This document shows positions 8,993 to 17,939 of a DNA stretch of 39,752 nt, piece after piece. Position numbers and translations under genes: made by a program. The stretch comes from Pseudonocardiales bacterium (GTDB taxonomy: Bacteria > Actinomycetota > Actinomycetes > Mycobacteriales > Jatrophihabitantaceae): the NCBI GenBank assembly GCA_032160775.1, contig JAVHVB010000474.1:1-39752 (forward strand). Direction: 5' to 3'. The notes under the pieces were generated by a model. That model worked only from the letters and a program-made list of their open reading frames with translations. It did no database searches and was not told the origin of the DNA. Numbering within the stretch: the stretch's first letter is position 1; each line of letters starts with the position of its first letter.

Positions 8993-10174
8993 TCACTTCC
9001 AGATGCGGACGTAGTCGACCTCGGTGGTTGCCGGCAGCGGGGTGACGCCGTCGACGAACAGGTTGCCGCCGATTCCGAGGGCCTGGGTCAGCGCGATGAA
9101 GAACGGCTGGTCGAACGGCGCCGCGCCGGTCAGCCCGACCGCGGAGTAGTTGTCGATGATGCAGTTCTGCCCGTTGACCTGAAGCGTGATGCGGCCCGGC
9201 TCCCAGATCACCGTGTAGGTGTTGAACGCCGTGGTGTCGTAGGAGCAGACCATTCCCGCCTGGTTGTTCGGCGCCGGTAGAGCGGTGTACACGTTCGTAT
9301 TCGTCAGCCAGCTGACGGTCGACTGCAGGTAGTAGTAGTGGATGAACGGGATGTTCCAGCCGGCGTAGAGGCTGTAGAACTCGCCGAAGTCGATCTCGCC
9401 CGACAGCGGCCAGGTGCCGTACTTCGTGGCGTTGTCCGGCCACAGCCAGAGCGTCTCCTGCAAGCCCTTGACCGCGGTGCTCGGCAGCATCGCGCGCACC
9501 TCGTAGCGTCCGTAGGTCTGGCTGAACTTGGAGAAGCTGTTCACCGTCGCCGCGGTGTACTGCGTCGTGTACGGGGCGCCTGGCGCCGCACAGACGAACG
9601 GCGCGCTCACCTTGCGGGCAGTCAGCTTCAGGGTGCCACTGGAAACCGAGACGTTGCTCGGGTCGTCCATGTTGCATTCCTTGCCGGTGTGGTAGCCGCT
9701 GAAGGCGGTTTCCTGCACCAGCCACCTGTTCCGGTCGAGCGACGTGCCGTCGAACTCGTCGTCGAACGTGCACACCCACGCGGAACCGTCCGGCTTGAAC
9801 AGCGTGCCGGTGCTGCAGGACGTCGGAACGGGTGGCGGTGACGAACTCGGAACGGCGCTCGACGTCGTCGGCGTCGGCGACGCGCTGGACGTCGTCGGTG
9901 TCGGGCTCGCGCTCGTCGTCGTCTTGGTCGCCGTTGGAGACGCGCTGGACGTCGTCGGTGTCGGACTCGCGCTGGTCGTCGTCTTGGTCGCCGTTGGTGA
10001 CGCGCTGGACGTCGTGGGTGTCGGCGAGGGCCTGGGGCACCACCAGCAGCCGCGGGCGGTCGGCGCGGCAGGTGCCGCTCCGGCCGGGAGGGCGTACGCG
10101 CTGACACCCGCGGTGATGGCAGCGGTGACCAGGACGGCGAGCACAGCGTGCTGGCGAGCGTGGCGGGGGGGCAT
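8993..10174 (-). CDS. Secreted glycoside hydrolase family 16 (laminarinase-like) with Ser/Thr/Pro-rich linker
   Basis: Sec signal peptide, FDDEFDGTSLD, YGRYEVRA, catalytic WPLSGEIDFGE (ExDxxE), PFDQPFF and VDYVRIW. Confidence 0.9.
   Translation of the reverse strand: MPPRHARQHAVLAVLVTAAITAGVSAYALPAGAAPAAPTARGCWWCPRPSPTPTTSSASPTATKTTTSASPTPTTSSASPTATKTTTSASPTPTTSSASPTPTTSSAVPSSSPPPVPTSCSTGTLFKPDGSAWVCTFDDEFDGTSLDRNRWLVQETAFSGYHTGKECNMDDPSNVSVSSGTLKLTARKVSAPFVCAAPGAPYTTQYTAATVNSFSKFSQTYGRYEVRAMLPSTAVKGLQETLWLWPDNATKYGTWPLSGEIDFGEFYSLYAGWNIPFIHYYYLQSTVSWLTNTNVYTALPAPNNQAGMVCSYDTTAFNTYTVIWEPGRITLQVNGQNCIIDNYSAVGLTGAAPFDQPFFIALTQALGIGGNLFVDGVTPLPATTEVDYVRIWK
9879..10024. repeat. Intragenic 60-bp tandem repeat (about 2.4 copies) encoding TTSSASPTATKTTTSASPTP
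   Basis: Consecutive 60-nt lines from 9879 to 10024 are nearly identical. Confidence 0.9.
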
Positions 10175-10299
10175 GGGGGGAGCCCTTCAAATCAGCGACC
10201 CGACCCCCGGGATCATCGGTTGCTGTTACTCCCCGCGTTCAACTATCTCGCAAAATCTAACACAGACCAAACATGATGGACAAGCTGTCCCAGTAGGAA

Positions 10300-10704
10300 T
10301 CAGGTATGCAGCTCGGCCAGCCGGGCACGGCACTGCTCGGCCACGTCGGTCACCTCGCTGAGGGTCCGGCGCAGGTCTTCCTGCCGGTGCCGCAGGTCGG
10401 CGACGATCTCGTCAAGCCGGTCGAGCAGGATGGTCAGCTGCCGCTCCTCGGAGGACGCGGCGCCGTCGTACATGTCGACGATCTCGCGGCACTCGGCGAG
10501 CGTCATGCCGAACCGCCGGCCGCGCAGGATCAACCGCAGCCGGGCCCGGTCCCGGGCGCCGTACACCCGGTTCTGCCCGACGCGCCGTGGGGTGAGCAGG
10601 CCCTCGGCCTCGTAGTGCCGGAGGGTCCGCGTCGTCACGCCGAGATCGGCGGCGAGCTCACCCACCGTCCAGGTCCGCGCGCTGGCTTTTCCGGCTGCGG
10701 TCAC
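10300..10704 (-). CDS. liuR: MerR-family regulator, LiuR-like
   Basis: HTH VGELAADLGVTTRTLRHYE and RDRARLRLILRGRRFG...IVDMYD typical of LiuR; divergent from an acyl-CoA dehydrogenase operon. Confidence 0.85.
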   Translation of the reverse strand: MTAAGKASARTWTVGELAADLGVTTRTLRHYEAEGLLTPRRVGQNRVYGARDRARLRLILRGRRFGMTLAECREIVDMYDGAASSEERQLTILLDRLDEIVADLRHRQEDLRRTLSEVTDVAEQCRARLAELHT

Positions 10705-10718
10705 CGGGCTATGATGTG

Positions 10719-10740
10719 TTCACGTTGACGTTAACGTCAA
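10719..10740. promoter_or_regulatory. LiuR-type operator
   Basis: Perfect 16-bp palindrome TTGACGTTAACGTCAA (10725-10740) plus an overlapping imperfect copy TTCACGTTGACGTTAA (10719-10734); resembles the LiuR TTTACGTwwACGTAAA box. Confidence 0.85.
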
Positions 10741-10763
10741 GTTATCCCGCGGGAGATTGTCCG

Positions 10764-11915
10764 ATGATGTTCGAGTTGTCCGGTGAGCACGAGACCTTCC
10801 GCAAGGTGGTCCGTGACTTCGCCGAGCGCGAGATCGCGCCGCACGTCGCCGGGTGGGACCGAGAACACCGGCTGCCGATCGAGGTCGTGCACGCCATGGG
10901 CGAACTCGGCCTGTTCGGTCTGGTCGTGCCGGAGGAGTACGGCGGCTCGGGCGCCGATTTCACCTCGCTCTGCGTCGCGATCGAGGAACTCGGCCGGGTC
11001 GACCAGTCGATCGGCGTGACGCACGAGGCGGGCGTCGGGCTCGGCATCAACCCGGTGCTCACCTTCGGTACCGAGGAGCAGAAGCAGCAGTGGCTGCCGG
11101 ACCTCGTCGCCGGCCGTGCGCTCGCCGGCTTCGGGCTCACCGAGCCGGACGCCGGTTCGGACGCGAGCGCGACCAAGACCCGGGCCACCCTGGACGACGG
11201 CCACTGGACGATCAACGGTGCCAAGGCTTTCATCACCAACTCCGGCACCGACATCACGTCGCTGGTCACCGTCACCGCGAGAACCGGCTCGGACGAGATC
11301 TCCTCGATCATCGTCCCGTCCGGCACGCCCGGGTTCGTCGTCGGGCCGGCCTACGAGAAGCTCGGGTGGCGGATCTCGGACACCCACGGGCTCAGCTTCG
11401 ACGACTGCCGGGTGCCGGAGCAGAACCTGCTCGGTGCCCGGGGTGACGGCTACCGGCAGTTCCTCGCCGTACTGGACGACGGGCGAATCGCGATTGCCGC
11501 GCTCGCCGTCGGACTCGCCCAGGGCTGCCTCGACGTCTCGCTCAAGTACGCCAACGAGCGGCAGACGTTCGGGACGCCGATCGGCTCCCGGCAGGCGGTC
11601 GCGTTCGCGTTGAGCGACCTCGCGGTGTCGGTGGAGGCGGCCCGGCTGCTCACCTACAAGGCCGCCTGGCTGAAGGACGCCGGTCGGCCGAAGGCGCAGA
11701 TCAAACAGGCCGCGTCGATGGCGAAGCTGTACGCGACCGAGGCAGCGGTCACCGCGACCCGGACGGCCACCCAGGTGTTCGGCGGCAACGGCTTCATGGA
11801 GGAGTTCCCGGTGGCGCGCTTCTACCGCGACGCCAAGATCCTCGAGATCGGCGAGGGCACCTCTGAGGTGCAGCGCCTGCTGATCGCGCGCGGCCTCGGC
11901 TTGCCAGTCTCGTGA
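10764..11915 (+). CDS. Acyl-CoA dehydrogenase (branched/short-chain type)
   Basis: Motifs FGLTEPDAGSD, INGAKAFITN, GRIAIAA, RQTFG, QVFGGNG and EIGEGTSEVQR; GGGAG upstream of ATG 10764. Confidence 0.95.
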   Translation: MMFELSGEHETFRKVVRDFAEREIAPHVAGWDREHRLPIEVVHAMGELGLFGLVVPEEYGGSGADFTSLCVAIEELGRVDQSIGVTHEAGVGLGINPVLTFGTEEQKQQWLPDLVAGRALAGFGLTEPDAGSDASATKTRATLDDGHWTINGAKAFITNSGTDITSLVTVTARTGSDEISSIIVPSGTPGFVVGPAYEKLGWRISDTHGLSFDDCRVPEQNLLGARGDGYRQFLAVLDDGRIAIAALAVGLAQGCLDVSLKYANERQTFGTPIGSRQAVAFALSDLAVSVEAARLLTYKAAWLKDAGRPKAQIKQAASMAKLYATEAAVTATRTATQVFGGNGFMEEFPVARFYRDAKILEIGEGTSEVQRLLIARGLGLPVS

Positions 11916-11919
11916 CCGC

Positions 11920-13440
11920 ATGAAGGACAAGGAGCTGCGGGCGGCGCGCGACGCGACGCTCGCCCCGCCGCAGACCGCGGCGGCCAAGCTCGCGGCGCAG
12001 AACAAGCTCTACGTGCGCGAGCGGCTCGCGCTGCTGTTCGACGCGGACACCTTCGTCGAGGACGGGCAGCTGGCAAACACCCTGGCGACCGGCCTGCCAG
12101 CCGACGGCGTGGTCACCGGCCAGGGCCTGGTCGACGGCCGGCCGGCCCTCGTCGTCGCCAACGACCCCACCGTGAAGGCCGGCTCCTGGGGCGCGCGCAC
12201 CGTCGAGAAGATCATCCGGATCACCGAGCGCGCGCTCGCCGAGGAGCTGCCGATCTTCTGGCTGATCGACTCGGCAGGGGCGCGGATCACCGATCAGGTG
12301 GCGCTCTTTCCAGGGCGGCGCGGCGCCGGCCGCATCTTCCACAACCAGGTCGCGCTGTCCGGCAAGGTGCCGCAGATCTGCTGCCTGTTCGGCCCGTCCG
12401 CGGCCGGCGGGGCGTACATCCCGTCGTTCTGCGACATCGTGATCATGGTCGAGGGCAACGCGTCGATGTATCTCGGCTCGCCGCGGATGGCCGAGATGGT
12501 CGTCGGCGAGAAGGTGACGCTGGAGGAGATGGGCGGCGCGCGCATGCACGCCACCGTCTCCGGCTGCGGCGACAACCTCGCCGCCGACGACGAGGACGCG
12601 ATCGAGCAGGCGAGGCTGTTCTTCGCCTACCTGCCCACCTGCTGGCGCGAGCCGGCGCCCGAGATCGGCGCCACCGGCGCTGCGGTCGACCTGGTCGACG
12701 ACTGCATCCCGGCCGACGAATCAGTGCCGTTCGACATGCATGAAGTGATCGACGGCCTCGTCGACGCCGACTCCTTCTTCGAGATCAAGCCGTTGTTCGC
12801 GCCCGAGGTGATTGTCGGCCTCGGCCGGATCGACGGCCGCCCGGTCGGCGTCGTCGCGAACAACTCGGCCGTGAAGGGCGGTGTGCTGTTCGTCGACTCG
12901 GCGGACAAGTCGGCTCGCTTCATCTGGCTGTGCGACGCGTTCAACGTCCCCCTGCTGTACCTCGCGGACGTCCCCGGGTTCATGATCGGCAGCGAGGTCG
13001 AGCGTCAGGGCATCATCCGGCACGGCGCGAAGATGATCACCGCGGTGTCCGAGGCGACCGTTCCGCAGGTGTCGGTGATCGTCCGCAAGGCCTACGGCGC
13101 CGGCCTCTACGCGATGGCCGGCCCGGGGTTCATGCCCGACGCGTGCATCGCGCTGCCGACGGCGAAGATCGCGGTGATGGGGCCGCAGGCGGCGGTGAAC
13201 GCGGTCTACGCCAACAAGATCGCCGAGATCGCCGACGCCGAAGAGCAGGCGGAGTTCGTTGCTGCCAGGCGGGCCGAGTACGAGCAGGACGTCGACCTGC
13301 TGCGATTGGCGTCCGACCTCGTCCTCGACGCGGTGATCGAGCCGTCCGAACTGCGCGCCGAGCTGATCCGGCGCTATGCGGTGCTGGCCGGCAAGTCCCG
13401 GCATTTCGTCGACAAGCGACACGGAGTGCCGCCCACATGA
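11920..13440 (+). CDS. Acyl-CoA carboxylase carboxyltransferase (beta) subunit, methylcrotonyl-CoA carboxylase-like
   Basis: Motifs PADGVVTG, DSAGARI, AAGGAY, DVPGFMIG, GIIRHGAK, RKAYGAG and AVMGP. Confidence 0.93.
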   Translation: MKDKELRAARDATLAPPQTAAAKLAAQNKLYVRERLALLFDADTFVEDGQLANTLATGLPADGVVTGQGLVDGRPALVVANDPTVKAGSWGARTVEKIIRITERALAEELPIFWLIDSAGARITDQVALFPGRRGAGRIFHNQVALSGKVPQICCLFGPSAAGGAYIPSFCDIVIMVEGNASMYLGSPRMAEMVVGEKVTLEEMGGARMHATVSGCGDNLAADDEDAIEQARLFFAYLPTCWREPAPEIGATGAAVDLVDDCIPADESVPFDMHEVIDGLVDADSFFEIKPLFAPEVIVGLGRIDGRPVGVVANNSAVKGGVLFVDSADKSARFIWLCDAFNVPLLYLADVPGFMIGSEVERQGIIRHGAKMITAVSEATVPQVSVIVRKAYGAGLYAMAGPGFMPDACIALPTAKIAVMGPQAAVNAVYANKIAEIADAEEQAEFVAARRAEYEQDVDLLRLASDLVLDAVIEPSELRAELIRRYAVLAGKSRHFVDKRHGVPPT

Positions 13441-13595
13441 GCGAACTCGACGTGCAGGTGCGCGGCGCCGCGACCGACGAGGAGGTCGCTGCGGTCGTGG
13501 CGGCGCTGCAGGCGCGGATGCGCCGGGAATCGGCCGGGTCACGTTTCGAGCAGTGGCGGCGACAGCGGCAAAGGGTGCTGCGGGACAATCGGTAG
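13437..13595 (+). CDS. Acyl-CoA carboxylase epsilon-subunit-like small protein (52 aa)
   Basis: ATGA overlap with the beta-subunit stop. VQVRGAATDEEVAAVVAAL matches the epsilon V..G.PT.EE.AA..A pattern, followed by a Trp/Arg-rich tail. Confidence 0.75.
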   Translation: MSELDVQVRGAATDEEVAAVVAALQARMRRESAGSRFEQWRRQRQRVLRDNR

Positions 13596-15242
13596 GTGGA
13601 CGTGCGCGCGCCCGGAGAAGCGGTACCGGTGCCTCCCGGCGCGCCGCGGCCGGTCGAGGTGGCGAGGATCGCTGCCAATGTGCCGTTCGTCCTGCGCACC
13701 GTGGTCGGCACGGCGGTGCTCGGCATCGTCGTGAACCTGTTCGGCGTCGTCATCGTCACGCTCACGGTGGCCGCGATGAACACCACGGCAAGCGATCACC
13801 AGCTTCGGGTCGTGCTGGTCACGACGGGCATCATGGTGCTCCTGTCGGTGATCGCCGGTGTGTCCTTCGGCGCGCTGCTGCAGCGCCGGACGCTGCGCTG
13901 GTTGCTGCGCGGCGAGTCGCCGTCCACCGCCGATGCGCGGCGTGCGTTGCGCATGCCGCGCGACATGGCGTTCCTCGCCGGCGTCCTCTGGCTCGTCGGC
14001 GGCGCCGTGATCTCCACCTCGGCGGCCCTGGTCGGCCAGGACGCGGAAACCATCGCGGGCATCAGTGGCGGCATCGTCATCGCCGCGCTCAGTTCGGCCG
14101 GCATCACCTATCTCGTGATCAGCCGGATGAACAGTCCCGTCGCGCGGCTGGCGCTCGCTGCCGCGCCGCCGAGCGAGACGCCGATCTTCGGCGTCGGCTG
14201 GCGGCTGCTCCTGCTCTGGGCGCTCACGAGCGGCACGCCGATCGTCGGTCTGGTGCTCGTGCTCACCGCGCCGCGCAGCAAGACGAACATCCTCGCGGTC
14301 GGGGTCGGCGTGGCGATCGTCGCGATCGTCGTCGGCGGGTACTCGACGCTGCTGTCCGCGCGATCGATCGGCACCCCGCTGCGCGGCATGGTGGACGCGT
14401 TGCACCGTGTCGCGCGGGGCGATCTCGACGTCGCCGTGCAGATCGAGGACGCCGGCGAGATCGGGCTGCTCCAGAGCGGCTTCAACGAGATGGTCGCCGG
14501 CCTGCGCGAGCGAGAACGAATCCAGGACCTGTTCGGCCGGCATGTGGGGACGGCGGTCGCCGCCGAAGCGATCAGCGGCGGCGTGACATTGAGCGGCGAA
14601 CAACGCAACGTCGTGGCGCTGTTCGTCGACATCACCGGGTCCACCCGACTGACCCGCGAGGTCGACCCCGTTCAGTTCGTAGCGATGCTCAACCGCTTCT
14701 TTGCGGTCGTCGTCGACGAGGTCGAACGCAGCGGCGGCCTGGTGAACAAGTTCGAGGGGGATGCCGCGCTGTGCGTGTTCGGTGCGCCCGCCGAGCTCGA
14801 TGATCCGGCCACTGCGGCGTTGCGAGCGGCCCGAACCATCCGTGACCGGGTGGACGCGATGGGGGAGGTGGAAGTGGGCATCGGGGTGGCCTGTGGCCCG
14901 GTGATCGCCGGACAGGTTGGGACAGCCTCTCGGCTGGAATACACGATCATCGGCGACGCAGTGAACCTGGCGGCCCGGCTCACCGATCAGGCCAAGCGGG
15001 TCGACGGTCACATCCTGGCCAGCGACATGGCGGTCGAGCAGGCATCGGAGGCGGAACGAGAGCACTGGGTGCCTGCCCGCGTGATGCGGCTACGTGGCCG
15101 CGAGGAACCCACTCGCACCTACCGCACCGTTACCGACGGGCGGCGTGGCGGTACTGCCGCGCCGTCCCTAGCGCGCCGGATATCCGATGTCGCCAAGGCC
15201 GTGGCCGAGCTCCCGCAGCATGGCTCGCAGCACCGGCAGTGA
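13596..15242 (+). CDS. Membrane-anchored class III adenylyl cyclase (about 6 TM + HAMP + catalytic domain)
   Basis: HAMP motif PLRGMV...GDLDV...EIGLLQSGFNEMV; catalytic FVDITGST, NKFEGDA (Lys specifying ATP) and YTIIGDAVNLAARL. Confidence 0.93.
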   Translation: MDVRAPGEAVPVPPGAPRPVEVARIAANVPFVLRTVVGTAVLGIVVNLFGVVIVTLTVAAMNTTASDHQLRVVLVTTGIMVLLSVIAGVSFGALLQRRTLRWLLRGESPSTADARRALRMPRDMAFLAGVLWLVGGAVISTSAALVGQDAETIAGISGGIVIAALSSAGITYLVISRMNSPVARLALAAAPPSETPIFGVGWRLLLLWALTSGTPIVGLVLVLTAPRSKTNILAVGVGVAIVAIVVGGYSTLLSARSIGTPLRGMVDALHRVARGDLDVAVQIEDAGEIGLLQSGFNEMVAGLRERERIQDLFGRHVGTAVAAEAISGGVTLSGEQRNVVALFVDITGSTRLTREVDPVQFVAMLNRFFAVVVDEVERSGGLVNKFEGDAALCVFGAPAELDDPATAALRAARTIRDRVDAMGEVEVGIGVACGPVIAGQVGTASRLEYTIIGDAVNLAARLTDQAKRVDGHILASDMAVEQASEAEREHWVPARVMRLRGREEPTRTYRTVTDGRRGGTAAPSLARRISDVAKAVAELPQHGSQHRQ

Positions 15243-15770
15243 CACGCCCACCACGTTGTGGTGATCGCCCATCACGCCCTCGACGAACCATCCGCCGAGC
15301 CCGTCGACGGTGAACGCGCCGGCAACCGCGACCGGCTCACCGGTTGAGCAGTAGGCGTCGATCTCGTCGTCGCTGATGTCGGCGAAGCGCACCTCGGTGG
15401 CGACCGCACGGCTGACTTGCGCGCTCGCGGAGGTGTCGATCAGGCAGTGTCCTGTATGCAGCGTGCCGGTGTTCCCGCGCAGCCCGCGCCACCGCTGTGC
15501 CGCAGCCTCGACGGTGCCCGGCTTGCCGAGGGCGCGACCGTCGAGTTCGAGCAGGGAGTCGCACCCGAGGACCAACGCGTCACCGGTGCCGGGTTGCGCC
15601 GCGACCGCTGCCGCCTTCAGCTCGGCGAGCCGCAGGGCCAACTCGGCCGGCGTGGCCGCGGTGACCCCGTCCTCGTCCACCCCGCTGACCACGACCTCGG
15701 GTCGCACGCCGGCTCGGCGCAGCGTCTCCAGACGCGCCGGCGAGGCCGACGCAAGGACGAACCGGGTCAT
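15168..15770 (-). CDS. maf: Maf family nucleoside triphosphate pyrophosphatase
   Basis: Motifs FVLASASPAR, SGVDED, LAELKA, LGCDS, GKP, AGAF and NVVG. Confidence 0.93.
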   Translation of the reverse strand: MTRFVLASASPARLETLRRAGVRPEVVVSGVDEDGVTAATPAELALRLAELKAAAVAAQPGTGDALVLGCDSLLELDGRALGKPGTVEAAAQRWRGLRGNTGTLHTGHCLIDTSASAQVSRAVATEVRFADISDDEIDAYCSTGEPVAVAGAFTVDGLGGWFVEGVMGDHHNVVGVSLPVLRAMLRELGHGLGDIGYPAR

Positions 15771-15781
15771 GAGCGCGCCGC

Positions 15782-16936
15782 TCACAGGCCGATCGACTTG
15801 GAGATCACGCTCTTCATGATCTCGCTGGTACCGCCGTAGATCCGGGTGACCCGGGCGTCGCGGTAGCGGCGCGAGATCGGGTACTCGTCCATGAACCCGT
15901 AGCCGCCGTGCAGTTGCAGACAGCGGTCCATGACCCGGCCCTGCAGTTCGGTGCAGTAGTACTTGGCCTTGGCTGCGTCGGCAGCGTCGAGTCGGCCCGC
16001 GACGAGGCGGTCGACGCAGCGGTCGAGGAACGCCTGCGCGATGTCGATCTCGGTGCACAGGTCGGCGAGCACGAACTTGGTGTTCTGGAAGGAGCCGACG
16101 GCGGTGCCGAAGGCCTTGCGGTCGCGCACGTACCGAACGGTCTCCTTGAAGGCCGCCTGAGCCTCCGCCAGGGCGCTCACCGCGATCGAGGTGCGCTCCT
16201 GCGGCAGCTTCTCGGTGAGCTGACCGAAGCCGTCGCCCTCGCTGCCCAGCAGGTTCTCGACCGGTACGCGGACGTCGGTGAACGACAGTTCGGCGGTGTC
16301 CTGCGAGTGCAGCCCGAGCTTGGCCAGGTTCCGTCCACGCTCGAAGCCTGGCGTGCCCCGTTCCACGATGAGGAGAGACATATTCCCTCTTCGATCAGCC
16401 GCGTCGCCGCCGGTCTTCACGGCGGTGATCACGAGATCGGAGTTGATGCCGTTGGTGATGAAGGTCTTCGATCCGTTGACGACGTAGTGGTCACCGTCGC
16501 GCTTCGCCGTAGTCCGCATCCCGGCGAGGTCGGATCCGGCCCCCGGCTCGGTCATCGCCACCGCGGTGATCAGCTCGCCGGACGCGATGCCGGGCAGCCA
16601 GCGCTGCTTCTGGTCGGCGTCGGCGAAGGAGAGGAAGTAGGGCAGGCAGGTGTCGTTGTGCAGTGACAGGCCGAGCCCGGAGCCGGTGATCCCGGCGTCG
16701 GCGATCTGCTCGTCGAGGATCTGGTTGAACCGGAAGTCGTCGACCCCGCCGCCGCCGTACTCCTCCGGCACCGACATCCCGAGAAACCCGGAGCGGCCGG
16801 CCTCGAGGAAGATCTCGCGCGGGGTGATGCCGTCCTCTTCCCACTCCAGGTAGTGGGGGACGATCTGCTTGTCGACGAAGGCGCGGAACGCCTCGCCGAA
16901 GGCGAGGTGGTCGCCGGTGTAGTGCTCGCGATTCAC
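15782..16936 (-). CDS. Acyl-CoA dehydrogenase (long-chain type)
   Basis: Motifs AMTEPGAGSDL, NGSKTFITNG, LPQER, RKAFG, QLHGGYG and IYGGTSEIMK. Confidence 0.95.
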   Translation of the reverse strand: MNREHYTGDHLAFGEAFRAFVDKQIVPHYLEWEEDGITPREIFLEAGRSGFLGMSVPEEYGGGGVDDFRFNQILDEQIADAGITGSGLGLSLHNDTCLPYFLSFADADQKQRWLPGIASGELITAVAMTEPGAGSDLAGMRTTAKRDGDHYVVNGSKTFITNGINSDLVITAVKTGGDAADRRGNMSLLIVERGTPGFERGRNLAKLGLHSQDTAELSFTDVRVPVENLLGSEGDGFGQLTEKLPQERTSIAVSALAEAQAAFKETVRYVRDRKAFGTAVGSFQNTKFVLADLCTEIDIAQAFLDRCVDRLVAGRLDAADAAKAKYYCTELQGRVMDRCLQLHGGYGFMDEYPISRRYRDARVTRIYGGTSEIMKSVISKSIGL

Positions 16937-16959
16937 GCGGTCACTCTATTGTCTTGCGG
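16937..16959. promoter_or_regulatory. Bidirectional promoter with overlapping -10 elements
   Basis: TAGAGT on minus (16943-16948) lies 6 nt before GTG 16936; TATTGT on plus (16947-16952) lies 7 nt before ATG 16960. The 23-bp gap has no SD. Confidence 0.6.
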
Positions 16960-17757
16960 ATGGCAGCGGACGAGGCGATCGGGGTCATCGGCGGCTCGGG
17001 CTTCTACTCGCTGCTGACCGACGCCGAGCAGCGCCACGTCGAGACGCCGTACGGCGCGCCGAGCGACCCGCTCACCGTCGGCTCGCTCGCCGGCCGCACG
17101 GTCGCGTTCCTGCCGCGGCACGGTGCTGACCATCGCTACGCGCCACATGTGGTCCCGTACGCCGCGAACCTGTGGGCGCTGCGCGCTTCGGGCGTGCGGC
17201 AGGTCGTGTCGCTGTCTGCGGTGGGCTCGTTGACGACGGCCCTGCCCACCGGATCGCTCATCGTGCCGGACCAGGTCGCTGACCGCACCCACGGCCGGAC
17301 GCACACGTACCACTCCGCCGGTGCGGGCGTGGGGCACGCCACGTTCGCCGATCCCTACTGCCCGCGCGGCCGCGCCGCGGCCCTCGGTACGGACGGTGTG
17401 CACGACGGAGGCACGCTGGTGGTCGTGAACGGGCCGCGCTTCTCCAGCCGCGCCGAGTCGCTGGAGTTCCAGTCGCACGGCTGGTCGATCATCGGCATGA
17501 CCGCGATGCCCGAGGCGGGACTCGCCCGCGAACTCGCACTCTGCTACACGACGCTGGCGCTCGTCACCGACCTCGACGCCGGCGTCGAGGCGGGCCACGG
17601 CGTGACCCATGCCGAAGTGCTCGAGACCTTCGCGGCCAACCTGCCGCGACTGCGCGAACTCCTTGTCGCCACGCTGGAACGGCTGCCGGCAGCGCAGGGC
17701 GACTGCGTGTGCGCCGACCTCTCCGGCGCTCCGCCGTCGTTCGTCCTGCCGGGTTAG
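16960..17757 (+). CDS. mtnP: S-methyl-5'-thioadenosine phosphorylase
   Basis: Motifs IGVIGGSGFY, TPYG.PS, FLPRHG, SAVGSL, GPRFSSRAES, IIGMT and VTDLD. Confidence 0.92.
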   Translation: MAADEAIGVIGGSGFYSLLTDAEQRHVETPYGAPSDPLTVGSLAGRTVAFLPRHGADHRYAPHVVPYAANLWALRASGVRQVVSLSAVGSLTTALPTGSLIVPDQVADRTHGRTHTYHSAGAGVGHATFADPYCPRGRAAALGTDGVHDGGTLVVVNGPRFSSRAESLEFQSHGWSIIGMTAMPEAGLARELALCYTTLALVTDLDAGVEAGHGVTHAEVLETFAANLPRLRELLVATLERLPAAQGDCVCADLSGAPPSFVLPG

Positions 17758-17774
17758 CCCGCTCACCCGACCTG

Positions 17775-17939
17775 GATCTTGTGCGGTTTCAAGCCCCCGC
17801 CTTGGCGGGAACTCGCACAAGATCAAACCGTGGGTCGTGGCGATCTGCCGCGGTGCCGGATATCCGTCGCTGCTTTGCACCCGTAGCGGTCGCTATCTCC
17901 GGTTGGAGCGCGGCGTTAGCAGCCGCTGCGGGTGCAAAG
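17775..17939. repeat. Two nested REP-like hairpins
   Basis: GATCTTGTGCG...CGCACAAGATC (17775-17824) with inner CCCGCC/GGCGGG; CTTTGCACCCGTAGCGG...CCGCTGCGGGTGCAAAG (17873-17939). Confidence 0.7.

Noticed and set aside
9879-10024. Periodic repeat considered as a CRISPR array
   Set aside because: No unique spacers, in-frame within a coding linker, and no cas genes.
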